The notes beneath the pieces were generated by a model. The model saw only the letters and a program-made list of their open reading frames with translations, was not told the origin of the DNA and searched no databases. Both the position numbers and the translations under genes were made by a program. A DNA stretch of 64,000 nt from an uncultured Clostridia bacterium (lineage in GTDB: Bacteria; Bacillota; Clostridia; Christensenellales; Borkfalkiaceae), in NCBI GenBank assembly GCA_944346655.1, contig CALVMP010000001.1:2599-66598 (forward strand). Direction: 5' to 3'. Each line of letters opens with the position of its first letter. The first letter of the stretch is position 1. This document shows, in pieces, positions 1 through 9,084 of the stretch.

Positions 1-101
1 CATAATCGCGGCTGCGGGTGCGGCTGTTTAACTGAAAGAATTTCAATTAAAAAAAACGGCGGGGGGATTTTTCTCCCCGTTTTGACTAAAAAGGAGTTTA
101 T

Positions 102-449
102 ATGAAATATTGTTCCCACTGCGGGGCACAGATAGACGACCAAGCCGAAATCTGCATTCACTGCGGATGCAGGGTTGCCCGCACGCAATCGGGCGGCGGA
201 TATTCGGCTATAAGCATAGTCGGCTTTGTGCTCGCGTTCATCTTTCCCCTTGCGGGACTGGTCGTATCAATCGTCGCCAACAACAGCGCCAAGAAGGCGG
301 AGGACGAGGGCAGCCGCAACTTTTCAAAGTACGGCATAATAATTTCCGCCGTAATAATGATTTTAGAAGTGGTAATCGTCGTGCTCTACATATGCCTCGT
401 TATCGGCATGGTCGCCGCAAGCATGGGCATGTGGGCTGCCGCCGCGTAA
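102..449 (+). CDS. zinc-ribbon domain membrane protein
   Basis: AAGGAG (91-96) lies 5 nt before the ATG. The N-terminus MKYCSHCGAQIDDQAEICIHCGC carries two CxxC pairs. The C-terminal half forms two hydrophobic helices. Confidence 0.75.
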   Translation: MKYCSHCGAQIDDQAEICIHCGCRVARTQSGGGYSAISIVGFVLAFIFPLAGLVVSIVANNSAKKAEDEGSRNFSKYGIIISAVIMILEVVIVVLYICLVIGMVAASMGMWAAAA

Positions 450-503
450 AATTTTTGAATAAAAGGTCTCCGCGCTGCGCATATTACTTTTACGGAGGTA
501 ATT

Positions 504-656
504 ATGAAGCTTAATTGCGGTGATACCTGCCCCAAGACAGGCAAGTACAATGTAATCGACGGCAACGGCAAGATTGTGAACACCGTTTACGTCAACGAGG
601 GCGAAACCATGCCCCCTACGCAGTATTCGGACTGCCATTACGAAAGCCAATCATAA
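504..656 (+). CDS. small YjzC-like protein (50 aa, below the ORF-track size cutoff)
   Basis: GGAGG (494-498) lies 5 nt before ATG 504. Translation: MKLNCGDTCPKTGKYNVIDGNGKIVNTVYVNEGETMPPTQYSDCHYESQS. The P-K-T-G-x-Y ... G-E-T-x-P-P-T pattern recalls the YjzC family. A strong terminator follows. Confidence 0.55.
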   Translation: MKLNCGDTCPKTGKYNVIDGNGKIVNTVYVNEGETMPPTQYSDCHYESQS

Positions 657-671
657 CTTAATAACCTTATA

Positions 672-707
672 TTTCGCTGACTGCTTCGCAGTCAGCGAAA
701 TTTTTTT
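672..707 (+). terminator. rho-independent terminator
   Basis: 13-bp stem TTTCGCTGACTGC / GCAGTCAGCGAAA with a short loop, followed by T7 (701-707). Confidence 0.85.
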
Positions 708-742
708 GTTTTATGAATGAAAATTTTATTTATGTTTATATG

Positions 743-771
743 TTGCAATGCCGATATGTACATGTTATAAT
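743..771 (+). promoter_or_regulatory. sigma-70 type promoter (TTGCAA-17-TATAAT, TGn extended -10)
   Basis: TTGCAA at 743-748, a 17-nt spacer ending in TGT, then TATAAT at 766-771. ATG 778 starts 7 nt after the -10 hexamer. Confidence 0.6.
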
Positions 772-777
772 TGTGAC

Positions 778-1647
778 ATGAAACTCTACGACGAATGCAG
801 AGACTGCCTGTACAACAGTCAGCTTAAAAAGGTGACGGCAATGCACCCGGACGACGAAAGGTTGCAACAGTTTAAGGAGAGCGCAAGGGCGATATGCGAC
901 GGCGCCCCCGAAAGCTCGTGCGCACCCCTTTTGATGAGAAGCATAGACGGCGTTCATTCGGGCATATTCGGGGGGATAATAGATTATTCCGAGGAAAAGC
1001 ACAAGTTCAACCGCGCCCTTCTGGAGCTTGAAGGCGACATATGGCTGCGCATAATCAAATCGCCCGACCCCGTAAAGGAGGGTATAAAGTGCGCAATGGC
1101 TGCAAATTATATTGATTACGCCAGAATATCCGACCTCAGCGAAGGCAGCATTAAGGAAGTTTTTGCCGCCGCCGACCGCTCGGAGGTGGACGGGGAAACA
1201 TATTCGCGTTTCGTCTCAGCGCTCGGAGGTGCGGAAACGCTGGTATATCTCCACGACAACTGCGGGGAAATTGTTTTGGACAAGCTGCTCATTCGCGCAT
1301 TGAAAGAGGCATATCCCCGTATCAATGTAATTTCCGTCGTGCGCGGAGGCAACATTATAAACGACGTCACCCGCGCCGACGCGGAGGAAGTGGGGCTGGG
1401 AAAATACGCTTACGTCGTCGATAACGGCACAAACATTCCGGGCACATATCTTCCCGCAACCAACGCCCTCACCCGCGCATTTTTAAATAACGCCGGCGTG
1501 ATAATATCGAAGGGGCTCGGCAATCTCGAAACGCTGTACGGCACACAGCCGAAAGCTTTTTACATGTTCATGTGCAAGTGTGAGCACATAGCCGAAAAAT
1601 TCAATAAAGAGTTGTGGCAGACGGCTTTCGTCGCCGACCTGCCGTAA
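778..1647 (+). CDS. DUF89 / ARMT1-like damage-control phosphatase family protein
   Basis: Motifs DNCGEIVLDKL and SKGLGNLETLYG are typical of DUF89. I chose the start at ATG 778 because the ORF-track start (748) lies inside the predicted -35 box. Confidence 0.75.
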   Translation: MKLYDECRDCLYNSQLKKVTAMHPDDERLQQFKESARAICDGAPESSCAPLLMRSIDGVHSGIFGGIIDYSEEKHKFNRALLELEGDIWLRIIKSPDPVKEGIKCAMAANYIDYARISDLSEGSIKEVFAAADRSEVDGETYSRFVSALGGAETLVYLHDNCGEIVLDKLLIRALKEAYPRINVISVVRGGNIINDVTRADAEEVGLGKYAYVVDNGTNIPGTYLPATNALTRAFLNNAGVIISKGLGNLETLYGTQPKAFYMFMCKCEHIAEKFNKELWQTAFVADLP

Positions 1648-1746
1648 CAGCCCGCCGCCCCGCCGCGCGTATTGACAGAAAGGCGTTTTTATGATAGAAT
1701 ATACACGATAAGGAAAATGCGGCGCGTGCGCCGCGGAGGGGAAAAC

Positions 1747-2502
1747 ATGAGCGACGAAGAAGAGTTTTCGTATTCGGCATACTCTCCCGAAACGGAGGCG
1801 GAAATCAGGTACGGCGGATACGTCACGGGCGACGAGGAGGAATATTCCTTTTCGGGCTTTAAGGAGGAGACGGAGGAGTCTGCCGCCGCCGAAGAGAGCA
1901 TGGGCTACGGCGATTTTATCGTAGAGGAATTTTCAGCCGAATCGAGCGCCCACAAAATTGCGCTTGCCACGCACATATCCGAGCGCAACGTCAGGTTTGT
2001 GCTCTCCATAGGCTACTTTATAATAGGCTTGGTCTGCGTTTCGCTCAGCAACTACATATACAGCGTATTCCCCTATATCGTGGGGGGAATGGCTTGCGCC
2101 ATAGGGCTCGGGCAGTTCATAGTGGCTGTAATCCAAAAGGAATACGTACATACCCATTCCAACAAAACCGCGTCCTCGCTCGTAATGATGGCTTTGGGTG
2201 TGCTCATAATCGTCATCGAAAGTTCCGCGGCGTTCACCATAATCGCCGTTGCGTGGGGCTTTTTGGGACTGATGGAGGGCGCGCATGCCTTCAACCACGC
2301 CTTTTCGCGCATAGCCCGTTCGGAGCGGTGCGTATACTACCTCGGCAAAGGTGTAATCGAGGTCATCCTCGCCTTCATCCTCTTATCCGAGCCCAGCCAC
2401 CACAGCCACGTTTCCTTCCACATAATCGTGTTCGGAATACAGATGCTGTTCGACGCGGTAACAATGTTCCCGCCCTTAAAGGAATATCTTTCGAGAAAGT
2501 AA
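1747..2502 (+). CDS. multi-pass membrane protein with acidic N-terminal tail (DUF308/HdeD-like)
   Basis: GGAGGGG lies about 7 nt before ATG 1747. The N-terminal 90 aa are rich in E/D, followed by about six hydrophobic helices. The family assignment is tentative. Confidence 0.6.
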   Translation: MSDEEEFSYSAYSPETEAEIRYGGYVTGDEEEYSFSGFKEETEESAAAEESMGYGDFIVEEFSAESSAHKIALATHISERNVRFVLSIGYFIIGLVCVSLSNYIYSVFPYIVGGMACAIGLGQFIVAVIQKEYVHTHSNKTASSLVMMALGVLIIVIESSAAFTIIAVAWGFLGLMEGAHAFNHAFSRIARSERCVYYLGKGVIEVILAFILLSEPSHHSHVSFHIIVFGIQMLFDAVTMFPPLKEYLSRK

Positions 2503-2503
2503 A

Positions 2504-2710
2504 ATGAAGGTTACCAATCTTGATTTAATGCACCTCGCGCAGGCGACTGACGGCGAGTTCGACCCCGCCGACTACACCGTGGAAGAACTCGAAGAGCTCG
2601 CGGGCTATATAAAGGACGATATGACGACGGAGGAGCTCCGCCGCAGCTATTTCGAATTCTACGACGACATAAAGGACAGAACTCTCTCCCATCACAAGTG
2701 GAGCGATTGA
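2504..2710 (+). CDS. small acidic hypothetical protein (68 aa)
   Basis: The ATG lies 1 nt after the stop of the upstream gene (TAAAATG), which suggests translational coupling. No family recognised. Confidence 0.5.
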   Translation: MKVTNLDLMHLAQATDGEFDPADYTVEELEELAGYIKDDMTTEELRRSYFEFYDDIKDRTLSHHKWSD

Positions 2711-2834
2711 ACGCCGCCGCAGGCGGCGTTCAACTTGACGCAGGGCAATCATAACGCGCCGCCCGCGGCGCTCATAACTTTGCGAAGCAATCCATAGTTG
2801 TCAACTGAAATTTTTTATTTAAAAGAGTATAATA

Positions 2835-3524
2835 ATGACATATGCTCAAGTGCAGAATATTGCAAAGCAGACAATTAATTATTTAAAGTCGCAAATCAAG
2901 GCGGGAATGAGCCTGATTGAAATAAGGCGGCTTGCAGAAGATAAACTGCTCTCCCTCGGCGCAACTTCTTTTTGGTATTGGAATGTCGGCGCTTTTGTTT
3001 TTGCGGGGAATGATACAGTTTTGTCTGTTTCGGGCAAACACTATAAAACAGCAGACAGATTAATCGCAAAAGATGATATAATTACAGTTGATTTAAGTCC
3101 GCAGGTTGGCGATATTTGGGGCGACTATGCCCGTACTATTATAATTGAGAATGGTAGAGTAGTCGAAAATATAAGCGATATTTGCAATAAAGAATGGCGT
3201 AATGGCTTGCTCATGGAGGATAAACTGCACAGTGAGTTATTTTCGTGGGCAACGCCCGATAAAACTTTTGAGGAATTATATTATCATATTAATGATATCA
3301 TAAGCGAGGGTGGTTACGTTAACTTGGATTTTATGGGTAACTTGGGTCATTCGATAGAGCGGCGCAGAGAGGACAGAATTTATATTGAAAAGAGCAATAC
3401 AAAGCGGCTCGGAGAAGTAAATTATTTTACGTTTGAACCGCATATATCCCGCAATCAAACGTTGTACGGGTATAAAAAAGAAAACATTTACCTCTTTGAA
3501 AACGGAGAGTTAAAGGAGCTTTAA
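2835..3524 (+). CDS. M24 family metallopeptidase (pita-bread fold, catalytic domain only)
   Basis: The metal-ligand pattern is VDLSPQVGDIWGDYARTI, GNLGHSIE and FTFEPHI. The DNA is visibly more AT-rich than the flanks. Confidence 0.7.
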   Translation: MTYAQVQNIAKQTINYLKSQIKAGMSLIEIRRLAEDKLLSLGATSFWYWNVGAFVFAGNDTVLSVSGKHYKTADRLIAKDDIITVDLSPQVGDIWGDYARTIIIENGRVVENISDICNKEWRNGLLMEDKLHSELFSWATPDKTFEELYYHINDIISEGGYVNLDFMGNLGHSIERRREDRIYIEKSNTKRLGEVNYFTFEPHISRNQTLYGYKKENIYLFENGELKEL

Positions 3525-3541
3525 TAAAGGTTAACTCAGCG

Positions 3542-3829
3542 ATGAAAATTCTGACCATTTGCGGCAGCATGCGCTTTGCAGAACAAATGCCGCTCATTGC
3601 CGATAAACTTGAATTGGAGGAGGGGTATTGCGTTCTGCAACCCGTGTACTGCCGCGGCAGAAACCTCACTGCCGACCAGCTCAAAGCGCTGACAGCCTCA
3701 CACTATAAAAAGATAGACATCTCTGACGGCGTTTACATAGTAAACATCGGCGGATATATCGGCAGGTCGGTCGGAGCAGAGATTGAGTATGCCAGGGCTC
3801 ACGGCAAGCTGATTATTTATCACGAATAA
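3542..3829 (+). CDS. hypothetical protein (possibly nucleoside 2-deoxyribosyltransferase-like fold)
   Basis: 95-aa ORF starting MKILTICGSMRF and ending AEIEYARAHGKLIIY. The fold guess is from memory only. Confidence 0.55.
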   Translation: MKILTICGSMRFAEQMPLIADKLELEEGYCVLQPVYCRGRNLTADQLKALTASHYKKIDISDGVYIVNIGGYIGRSVGAEIEYARAHGKLIIYHE

Positions 3830-3831
3830 AT

Positions 3832-3870
3832 AAAAAAACGGCAGGCGGCGATTAAAAATCGCCGCCTGCC
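3832..3870. terminator. shared hairpin terminator between convergent genes (U-tract on the minus-strand side)
   Basis: A7 run, then stem GGCAGGCGGCGAT / ATCGCCGCCTGCC. On the minus strand this reads as a hairpin followed by T7, directly after the HAD gene stop. Confidence 0.8.
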
Positions 3871-3877
3871 ATATGTA

Positions 3878-4624
3878 TTAAAATTTATAAAGGAAGCGGG
3901 CGACTCCGTCGTGGTTGTTGTCCCCGATTACAATATCTGCCGCGGTCAAAAGCTCATGCGAGGCGTTGGCTACGGCGACTTTTGTGTCGCAGGCTTTAAA
4001 ACCCGACAGGTCGTTGTTGTCATTGCCGATATAAATGCTTTTGCTCCCGGGAAACATTTTTTCTTGCATGTACCTGACTGCCATACCCTTCGAAGCGCTT
4101 AGGGGTGAGATTATAGCGGTGGAATTACGGTCCGTAATTTCAATGCGGGCATGCGCGTTGAGGACGGCTGCCTTTTCAATTTGTTCGTCGTTTTCAAGCA
4201 TTAAGGTAAATTTCGGCGCACAGAGTCCTGTGTCGGAAAAATCTGTTAGTATAAAGTTTTCTATATTGCCCCAGATTGCAGGGGCGTCGTAGTTGGCATA
4301 GTATTCCCGTTCTGTTATAACTGCCGCCTTTATGCCGTTATGCGAAAGATATGCGCCGATTAACATTGTCTGCTCTCTGCTGAAGTAATAGCGTTTAATC
4401 AATTTTCCGTGGCTGTAAATTTCTCCGCCGTTGTGTAAAATATAGTAGGGCGTTGCCTTTTTCAGGCAATCCTGCAACCCGTGCAGCCGTGCAGAACGGG
4501 CAGTTGCAAACACAATATTGTTGCCCCGTCTTTGAAATTCGGACAGACTGTCGCAAGTAAATTGCGAAATTCGTTTTTTATCGTCGAGGAGAGTGTCGTC
4601 CAAGTCTATATACGCCGTGTACAT
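3878..4624 (-). CDS. Cof-type HAD-IIB family phosphatase
   Basis: The N-terminus contains YIDLDDTLL (DxDxT). The C-terminus contains IGNDNNDLSGFKACDTKVAVANA, typical of Cof/YidA hydrolases. Confidence 0.8.
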   Translation of the reverse strand: MYTAYIDLDDTLLDDKKRISQFTCDSLSEFQRRGNNIVFATARSARLHGLQDCLKKATPYYILHNGGEIYSHGKLIKRYYFSREQTMLIGAYLSHNGIKAAVITEREYYANYDAPAIWGNIENFILTDFSDTGLCAPKFTLMLENDEQIEKAAVLNAHARIEITDRNSTAIISPLSASKGMAVRYMQEKMFPGSKSIYIGNDNNDLSGFKACDTKVAVANASHELLTAADIVIGDNNHDGVARFLYKF

Positions 4625-4742
4625 ATTAAAATACCTTTAAAGTAAATTATACAATTTAAAAATTATAAAATAAATTTTTACGGTTCCGTTGACTTTTTGC
4701 AGCCAAAAATATATAATACCAAAAAGTTTGGAGGAAAATCAA

Positions 4743-5306
4743 ATGAAAGTTACCTGTATCGTGGGCAGCGCAAGAAACAACGGTAGTTCGGCTTATCTTG
4801 CCGATAAATTTATTCAGGGGCTGGAAGGGAGAGCCGAAGTAAAAAAATACTGCGTCGGCGATTTGAATATAGGGTACTGTAAGGGCTGTAAACAATGTTA
4901 TATTACGGGTGAGTGTGTGCAAAGTGATGACGTGCGGAAAGTGGTGGAGGACATGTTGAGTTCGGACTGCGTGTTCATGGTTGCGCCCTCATATTGGGCG
5001 GGCGTTCCCGGTCAATTGAAAACGCTTTTCGACAGAACGACTCCCTACGGCGACACAAATCCAAACAGAATTTTAAAAGCCTCAAAGCCGATAAAGGGTG
5101 TTGCCGTTGCGGTGCGGGCAGGCACGCGGGAGGCGGAGAACACCCTGATACTTGACTCTATAGAGCACTACTTCGGTCACCTCGGAATTGAGACGGTTAA
5201 AAGGATCTCGATTCTTCGTACAGATTCGCTCCCTGACCTGCTCGAAAACCATGCGGAACAAATAGACGAAATTTATTTGCTTGGCAAAAGCATTTTATTT
5301 TTATAA
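4743..5306 (+). CDS. flavodoxin-like FMN reductase / iron-sulfur flavoprotein family
   Basis: Starts MKVTCIVGSARNNGSS, has a CKGCKQC cysteine cluster, and contains APSYWAGVPGQLKTLFDR. The start is set at the ATG after GGAGGAAAATCAA. Confidence 0.7.
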   Translation: MKVTCIVGSARNNGSSAYLADKFIQGLEGRAEVKKYCVGDLNIGYCKGCKQCYITGECVQSDDVRKVVEDMLSSDCVFMVAPSYWAGVPGQLKTLFDRTTPYGDTNPNRILKASKPIKGVAVAVRAGTREAENTLILDSIEHYFGHLGIETVKRISILRTDSLPDLLENHAEQIDEIYLLGKSILFL

Positions 5307-5320
5307 AATTAAAATTAATT

Positions 5321-5347
5321 CGTGCGGCGATTTTTTATCGCCGCACG
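5321..5347. terminator. hairpin between convergent genes
   Basis: Stem CGTGCGGCGAT / ATCGCCGCACG with a T5 loop. The flanks are A/T-rich on both sides. Confidence 0.6.
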
Positions 5348-5408
5348 AAAATTTTAAAAATAAAGCGCCGTCAATTGAACTAATTTTGTAGGTTTTGCCG
5401 ATTGAATT

Positions 5409-5924
5409 TTATTGGTTATTGTCTGAAAGATATAAAAATCTGTCGTAGATCTCCTTTAAAATTTCGGCGGGCTTTGATGTGCCCTCTTCGGTCTGCCTGC
5501 CGCTTTCTCGCAGGAAATAGGTCATTATGTCCTGTATCGCCAAAAACACGCGTTCGGGCAGGTACCCGTCGTCGTTCTTTTCGTCTGCGGAGAAAAGCAG
5601 GGTAAACATTTCGTCGAAATCTTTTTTGTATGCTTCGGCGCGCTCTTCTACGATGCCGCTCACGTCGAGGGTGTCCCTCTTCATGTCGTCCTCGCGCAAA
5701 AACACGTCCTTGCCGCACAGTCTGTAGATAAATCCTATCTCTACGTGCTCGAGCGGACCGTGGGTGTTGCCCGTCCTTATCAGGATGTACTGTATCACCC
5801 TGTCGAAACATTGTTCCATTGGTGTGGAGTCACAGCCCTCGGTTTTGCACGCCTCCCTGATTGCGGACAGTGCCTCCACGTAGCGCAGTTCCGCGTCGAT
5901 AAACGCAAAAGAATCCAGATACAT
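5409..5924 (-). CDS. hypothetical protein (171 aa)
   Basis: Long ORF 29 nt downstream of, and co-directional with, the DeoR-family gene. No motif recognised. Confidence 0.6.
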   Translation of the reverse strand: MYLDSFAFIDAELRYVEALSAIREACKTEGCDSTPMEQCFDRVIQYILIRTGNTHGPLEHVEIGFIYRLCGKDVFLREDDMKRDTLDVSGIVEERAEAYKKDFDEMFTLLFSADEKNDDGYLPERVFLAIQDIMTYFLRESGRQTEEGTSKPAEILKEIYDRFLYLSDNNQ

Positions 5925-5953
5925 TCAGAAACCTCGCCAAAGTACGCGGAAAT

Positions 5954-6712
5954 TTACATTACCACTATGTTGTGGTCCTCGAACAGCTTTTTGTATTCCT
6001 TGGGGAAGGTGTCGTCGGTTATCAGAACGTTTATGTCCTCTATGTGCGCGAAGGTGTAGGAATTGATTTTGCCTATCTTCGAGCTGTCGAGCATCATATA
6101 TACGTGCCTTGCCTTTTTAAATACCTGCTTCAGAAGGTCCGCCTCTATCTGGCTGTTGCAGCTGAACCCGTTTTCGGGCGTAAAGGCGGTGGCGGAAACT
6201 ATGGCGATTTCAAAGTTGGTCAAAGCAAAATATTCCTTTGCAGCGGGGGAGGCGGTGGAAAGATTGTCCTTCATAAGCTGCCCGCCTACCACTGTTATGG
6301 CTACGTTCTTCTTCTGTGCCAGTTCCATGGCGACCGCAATGCCGTTTGTGAACACGTTGCAGTTTATGTCGGGCATCTCCTTTGAAAGGTACATGGCTGT
6401 AGTGCCGCCGTCCAGAAAGAGGGATATGCCCTCGTCAATAAGCGTAGCCGCCTTCTGGGCGATTACTATCTTTGCGTCGGTGTTTATCGTCGTCTTTTTG
6501 GTGTATGCCTCGCCCGAAACTTTTTGTACTTCTTTAACCGACATGGCGCCGCCGCGTATGCGGATAATTCTGCCGTCCTCTTCAAGCTGGAAAAGGTCGC
6601 GCCTCAATGTCATCTGCGAAACGTTGGGAAATACTTCTTCAAGCTGCTCTAAGGTCATCTTGCCGCGCTTGTCTAAAATGTCGGCAATCTCTTCAATACG
6701 TTCCCTTTTCAT
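5954..6712 (-). CDS. DeoR/GlpR family transcriptional regulator
   Basis: N-terminal wHTH (MKRERIEEIADILDKRGKMTLEQLEEVFPNVSQMTLRRDL) and a C-terminal DeoR sugar-binding domain (LFLDGGTT, FTNG). Confidence 0.85.
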   Translation of the reverse strand: MKRERIEEIADILDKRGKMTLEQLEEVFPNVSQMTLRRDLFQLEEDGRIIRIRGGAMSVKEVQKVSGEAYTKKTTINTDAKIVIAQKAATLIDEGISLFLDGGTTAMYLSKEMPDINCNVFTNGIAVAMELAQKKNVAITVVGGQLMKDNLSTASPAAKEYFALTNFEIAIVSATAFTPENGFSCNSQIEADLLKQVFKKARHVYMMLDSSKIGKINSYTFAHIEDINVLITDDTFPKEYKKLFEDHNIVVM

Positions 6713-6902
6713 CTCAAATCTCCTTTGTTAATAATTTTCAAAAAATACTCTTATTGATAATATTTTAATACGTATTGTGGTCTAAGTCAAGAAAATTAAA
6801 CAAAAAAGTTGACCGAACAATAAGTAAAATGTTAATTATTTTCAAAATCGGTTTACAATTTTTTTGATTGATTTTTCAATTTATATCATATATAATGGGA
6901 CT

Positions 6903-8267
6903 ATGGCAAACTTGAAAAAATTCCGCCTCCACCCCGCGGCGGTAATTGCCCTCAGCGTACTCGCGGTAATAATCGTCGGTACTTCGCTTTTGTGCATCCC
7001 CGCGGCGTCGAACTCGGGCGAGGTCGACTTCATGGCTGCTTTCTTCACCGCCGTCAGCGCATCCTGCGTAACGGGGCTTTCAGCCGTCGACACAGCCTCG
7101 CACTGGTCCTACTTCGGGCAGGCGATAATTCTCGTGCTCATGCAGACGGGCGGGCTCGGACTCATCACCATACTTTCGGTGTTCGTGCTCTACCTCAAAA
7201 AAAACCCCTCCATGTCCAGCCGCAAAATCGTCATGCAGTCGGCTGGCTCGGTGAATATGGAGGGCATAAAAAAGCTCGTAAAGTACATCTTTATCGTCAC
7301 CTTTACCTGCGAAGCTATAGGCGCCTTTTTAATGGCGTTTTCCTTTGTGCCCGTAATGGGCTGGGGCAGGGGGATATGGCAGTCGGTATTTACCGCCGTT
7401 TCGGCTTTCTGCAACTGCGGCTTCACGCTGACGGGTTGGTACGGGCAGGATTCCTTAAATTATTATATATCCGACCCTCTCGTCTGCCTCACCGTGTGTG
7501 CGCTCATAGTCATAGGCGGCATAGGCTTCTTTGTCTGGGGCGACGTGATAAGAAACGGCATACACTTCAAGCGCTATTCCTTCCATTCCAAGGTCGTTCT
7601 TACGACGACAGCATGCCTCATTCTCGTCGGCTGGGCGCTCTTTTTAATCTTTGAGTGGAACAATCCCGAAACGCTTGCAGATAAAGACGTGGGCACAAAG
7701 TTTCTGGCAACCCTCGTAATGTCCATCTGTCCCCGCACGGCTGGCTTCAACACCGTCTCTTCGGGGTGCCTTTCGGGCGCGGGCGGCATGCTCACAATAG
7801 TTTTAATGTTCATAGGCGGCAGCCCCGGCTCCACGGCGGGCGGCATAAAGACGACTACGCTTGCCGTGCTCGTCATGTCGGCAATTTCCACCTCGAGGAG
7901 GAGGTCCGAGGCGCACATCTTCAAGCGCCGCTTCGAGGACGACGCCCTCCCCCAGGCAGGCACGATATTTTCCATATATATCACAGCCGTCATAATCTGC
8001 TCCATGATAATCTGCGCGATAGAGGCTGAAAGCGGCTTTTCCACCCATCAGATAGTCTTTGAAGTGGTTTCGGCTATAGGCACCGTGGGGCTCTCGTGCG
8101 GACCCGAAACCACGCTTACGGGGCTACTCTCCGTCGGCTCGCAGCTCATACTCATATTTTTAATGTACCTCGGCAGGGTAGGCGGGTTTACGCTTATTCT
8201 CGTGTTCACAAGCGAGCGCCGCCCCGTAACAATCTCCCGCGTAGCGGAAAGTTTAATTATAGGATAG
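6903..8267 (+). CDS. ktrB: TrkH/KtrB family potassium uptake membrane subunit
   Basis: Polytopic protein with repeated selectivity-filter-like motifs (SCVTGLS, QTGGLGL, CNCGFT, RTAGFNT, GGSPGSTAGGIKT). Start taken at MANLKKF. Confidence 0.85.
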   Translation: MANLKKFRLHPAAVIALSVLAVIIVGTSLLCIPAASNSGEVDFMAAFFTAVSASCVTGLSAVDTASHWSYFGQAIILVLMQTGGLGLITILSVFVLYLKKNPSMSSRKIVMQSAGSVNMEGIKKLVKYIFIVTFTCEAIGAFLMAFSFVPVMGWGRGIWQSVFTAVSAFCNCGFTLTGWYGQDSLNYYISDPLVCLTVCALIVIGGIGFFVWGDVIRNGIHFKRYSFHSKVVLTTTACLILVGWALFLIFEWNNPETLADKDVGTKFLATLVMSICPRTAGFNTVSSGCLSGAGGMLTIVLMFIGGSPGSTAGGIKTTTLAVLVMSAISTSRRRSEAHIFKRRFEDDALPQAGTIFSIYITAVIICSMIICAIEAESGFSTHQIVFEVVSAIGTVGLSCGPETTLTGLLSVGSQLILIFLMYLGRVGGFTLILVFTSERRPVTISRVAESLIIG

Positions 8268-8272
8268 TATTT

Positions 8273-8926
8273 ATGAAAAAATCAGTTCTGGTAATAGGTC
8301 TCGGCAGGCTGGGTTCCCACCTCGCCGAAAAAATGCAGGATTTGGGGCACGACGTAATGGTGCTCGACAGCAACGAAAACTCGATAAACCACATAGCGTC
8401 CCATTTTGCCGACGCGCGCATTGCGGACTACACCTCGGAGGACGTGCTCAAAACGCTCGACATTCCCTCCTTCGACCTGTGCTTCGTCACCGTAGGCGAT
8501 AACTTCGAAGCTTCCATGCTTGTAACCCACATTCTGAAAAAGCTGGGCGCAAAATACGTCGCCTCCCGCGCCCGCGACGAAATGCAGTGCGAGCTGTTAA
8601 AGAGAATAGGCGCGGACGAGGTCATCTACGCCGACGGCGAAGTCGCCGACAAGCTTGCAATCCGCCACAACGGCAACAACATTTTCGACTACGTCGCCCT
8701 TGCCGGCGGGTACGCCATATTCGAAGTGCCCATAGTCAAGGAGTGGAAGGGCAAAACCATTGCCGAACTCGATGTGCGCAAGAAGTATAAAATCAATATT
8801 GTCGCCATCAAAAACGGCAACGCCATTAATGTTACGCCCATGCCCGACTATGTGTTCAAAGAGGACGACCATATCTTTGTGCTCGGTCAGTCGCGCGACG
8901 TTTTCAAACTGTCGGTTAAAACCTGA
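8273..8926 (+). CDS. ktrA: TrkA/KtrA family K+ uptake NAD-binding subunit
   Basis: Starts MKKSVLVIGLGRLGSHLA (Rossmann GxGxxG) and has a C-terminal RCK_C domain. The ORF-track start at 8096 overlaps ktrB and is rejected. Confidence 0.85.
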   Translation: MKKSVLVIGLGRLGSHLAEKMQDLGHDVMVLDSNENSINHIASHFADARIADYTSEDVLKTLDIPSFDLCFVTVGDNFEASMLVTHILKKLGAKYVASRARDEMQCELLKRIGADEVIYADGEVADKLAIRHNGNNIFDYVALAGGYAIFEVPIVKEWKGKTIAELDVRKKYKINIVAIKNGNAINVTPMPDYVFKEDDHIFVLGQSRDVFKLSVKT

Positions 8927-8966
8927 TTATATACAGTGGCGGCATTCCAAATACCGCTTCAAAAAA

Positions 8967-8994
8967 CTGCCCCGGAGACCGGGGCAGTTTTTTT
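8967..8994 (+). terminator. rho-independent terminator
   Basis: Stem CTGCCCCGG / CCGGGGCAG with a 3-nt loop, followed by T7. Confidence 0.85.
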
Positions 8995-9039
8995 GAAGGG
9001 CGCACGGCATCTTCAAGGAAATTAACTGCGGCAAAACAC

Positions 9040-9068
9040 TTGCCTTTTTTTTACAAATAGGTTATACT
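9040..9068 (+). promoter_or_regulatory. promoter of the cysE-cysS leader
   Basis: TTGCCT at 9040-9045, a 17-nt spacer, then TATACT at 9063-9068. Confidence 0.55.
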
Positions 9069-9084
9069 TATAAAAAATTTGCAA

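Noticed and set aside
2-31. Possible 3' end of an upstream gene (..IIAAAGAAV*) at the window edge.
   Set aside because: It is too short to assign a frame or a product.
6063-6731. 222-aa plus-strand ORF.
   Set aside because: It is antisense to the DeoR regulator gene and has no motif.
8096-8272. Upstream start for ktrA (ORF-track start at 8096).
   Set aside because: It overlaps the 3' end of ktrB in another frame with an Arg-rich sequence. The Rossmann fold starts at ATG 8273.
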